Positions 62,516 through 64,000 of a DNA stretch of 64,000 bases are shown here, piece after piece. Numbering within the stretch: the first letter of the stretch is position 1; every line of letters starts with the position of its first letter. The position numbers and the translations under genes are program-made. Origin of the DNA: Octopus vulgaris (taxonomy: Eukaryota); NCBI GenBank assembly GCA_951406725.2, contig OX597816.1:9362001-9426000 (forward strand), given 5' to 3'. Under the pieces are notes generated by a model. The model saw only the letters and a list, made by a program, of their open reading frames with translations, was not told the DNA's origin and ran no database searches.

Positions 62516-62979
62516 CTTTGACCTTCTATTAGATCAAAGAAATTTAAGATCTTCGTCTGGCTGAACATTGTGGATTTTAGTGAAAGATAAAAAGAAAAGT
62601 TCCTAATGTATGTTTACAGTCACATAATATTTGAGTGATGACAAATTATCAAGTAAAGCTCTGATATTAAATGGCTTTCAATTGACAGGAGTATTCCAAA
62701 AACTATCAAGGGCTTCAACATATAGGATATAGTAATTAAAGGAGACCGTTTTTGGCTGCCTTAGGGGATTTATTTATTTCTGCTTGTACAATATTTGTTT
62801 GCTTTGCATGATTTAATGGTTTTATCTGGTGAAGATAAGTAAATTTGTTAAATGTTAGTCGATTAGTAATATCAACAAACAAAGTTACTATACACAAAGA
62901 AATGTCTCCACAGTGGTTCAGTTTGCAAAGCAATAGCAGCCAGTTCTCCTTCAAAATCTCATCCTTTTTACCGTGTTAA

Positions 62980-63150
62980 TGATGGAATTGTTAGCATGCC
63001 AGGTGAAATGCCAAGCAGTATTTTGTCTGTCCTTTATGTTCTGAGTTCAAATTCTTCCAAGGCTGACTTTGATTTTCATCCTTTGGGGGTGGGGGTGGGG
63101 TCAATAAAATAAGTGCCAGATGAGTAATGGGGTTGATGTAATTGACTTAG
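62980..63150 (+). mobile_element. Meta-domain SINE
   Basis: GTTAGCATGCCAGGTGAAATGC..TTCTGAGTTCAAATTC..TTTCATCCTTTGGGG..AAAATAAGTGCCAG. Confidence 0.7.
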
Positions 63151-63509
63151 CTATTCCTGGGTAAGAGCATAAAAGAAAAAATGCTGCATCTCTCTGCCAA
63201 GCCATGTTGAGTAAGTGTGGCAGAGAAAGCTCATTTAACCAGTATGATCTCAAGCTCAAACTCACGGCCTCCACATCAGACTAAGGTTGGAGGAAAGAAC
63301 ATGCTGAGCCCTTTGTCCTGCAGCAGACTGAACATAGACAATCCAATGACAGATACATTGGAACACTGGAAAATGTAGTCTCTGGGACGCAAAAAGACAG
63401 GTTGGGTCCAGATGGAATGTCTTTGATTATAGGTTTACTGGATCAAAGTAGGCTTGAAATTGGAACTCAACAACAGCAGTTGTTTGATAGCAACATGTTG
63501 GCTGTTGAT

Positions 63510-64000
63510 CATCATTATCATCATTGTTTCAATATCAAATTTTCCATCCTTGCTTGGTTTAGGCTGGAGTAGGTCAGGGTAGAGTTTTCTACAGCTGGAT
63601 GATCTCTCTGATACCAATTCATGTCTGTTTTCAAGTGAGGTAATTATTGCCCAGTGTATTGAACAACAGCTTAGACATGGTTATACATCGAACTGGAAAT
63701 AAACTACACTGTGTGGATAGCTGTTTGTTTTCAAAGGCTGTGCAACAGCTCACAACATTATCGGAAGCCTGGACATGATTTTGTGGAAGACTGTAAGTAA
63801 AAAATACTATTTGCTTTCCAGGCCATTGTTTATAATTAGCAAAGATACATAAAAATGGGAGGAAATACAAAAACATAAACATAAACATGATAGATTTATT
63901 TCAGTTTCAGTCAACCAAATCCACCACTTACAATACTTTGGTCAGGCTAGGGTCATAGTAGAAAGCACTTGCTCATAGCGCCATGCAGAGGGACAGAACT
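63510..64000 (-). mobile_element. Diverged RTE-tailed SINE running out of the window
   Basis: TTTCTACAGCTGGATG..; TTCAGTTTC..CCAAATCCAC..CACTTGCTCA..GGGACAGAAC. Confidence 0.55.

Overview
AT-rich, microsatellite-dense eukaryotic DNA. The SINE/LINE repertoire looks cephalopod, probably Octopus (inference from recalled repeat families, not verified). It reads as intronic or intergenic: no host protein-coding exon could be identified, and most ORFs in the track are microsatellite or repeat artefacts. The only real long ORF is a 5'-truncated, uninterrupted RTE-clade LINE reverse transcriptase (912-2951, minus), with a C4HC3 PHD finger inserted inside the RT and a tandemly amplified 3' UTR. Other repeats: short RTE 3'-end elements with (GAT)n tails, tRNA-headed CORE-like and Meta-domain SINEs, a mariner fold-back derivative, a hAT MITE, TTAA (piggyBac-type) MITEs, a non-autonomous Helitron and a 29-bp minisatellite. 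Most notable observations: (i) a variable-copy array of ~58-nt modules, each able to form a compact H-type pseudoknot, in the RTE 3' end; (ii) two decayed hammerhead-ribozyme motifs, one with type III topology; (iii) a 174-bp, ~98% identical inverted duplication and other hairpins that could be ADAR substrates; (iv) a decayed unknown ORF between ~270-bp direct repeats. All alignments and folds were done by eye, and boundaries of old repeats are approximate.
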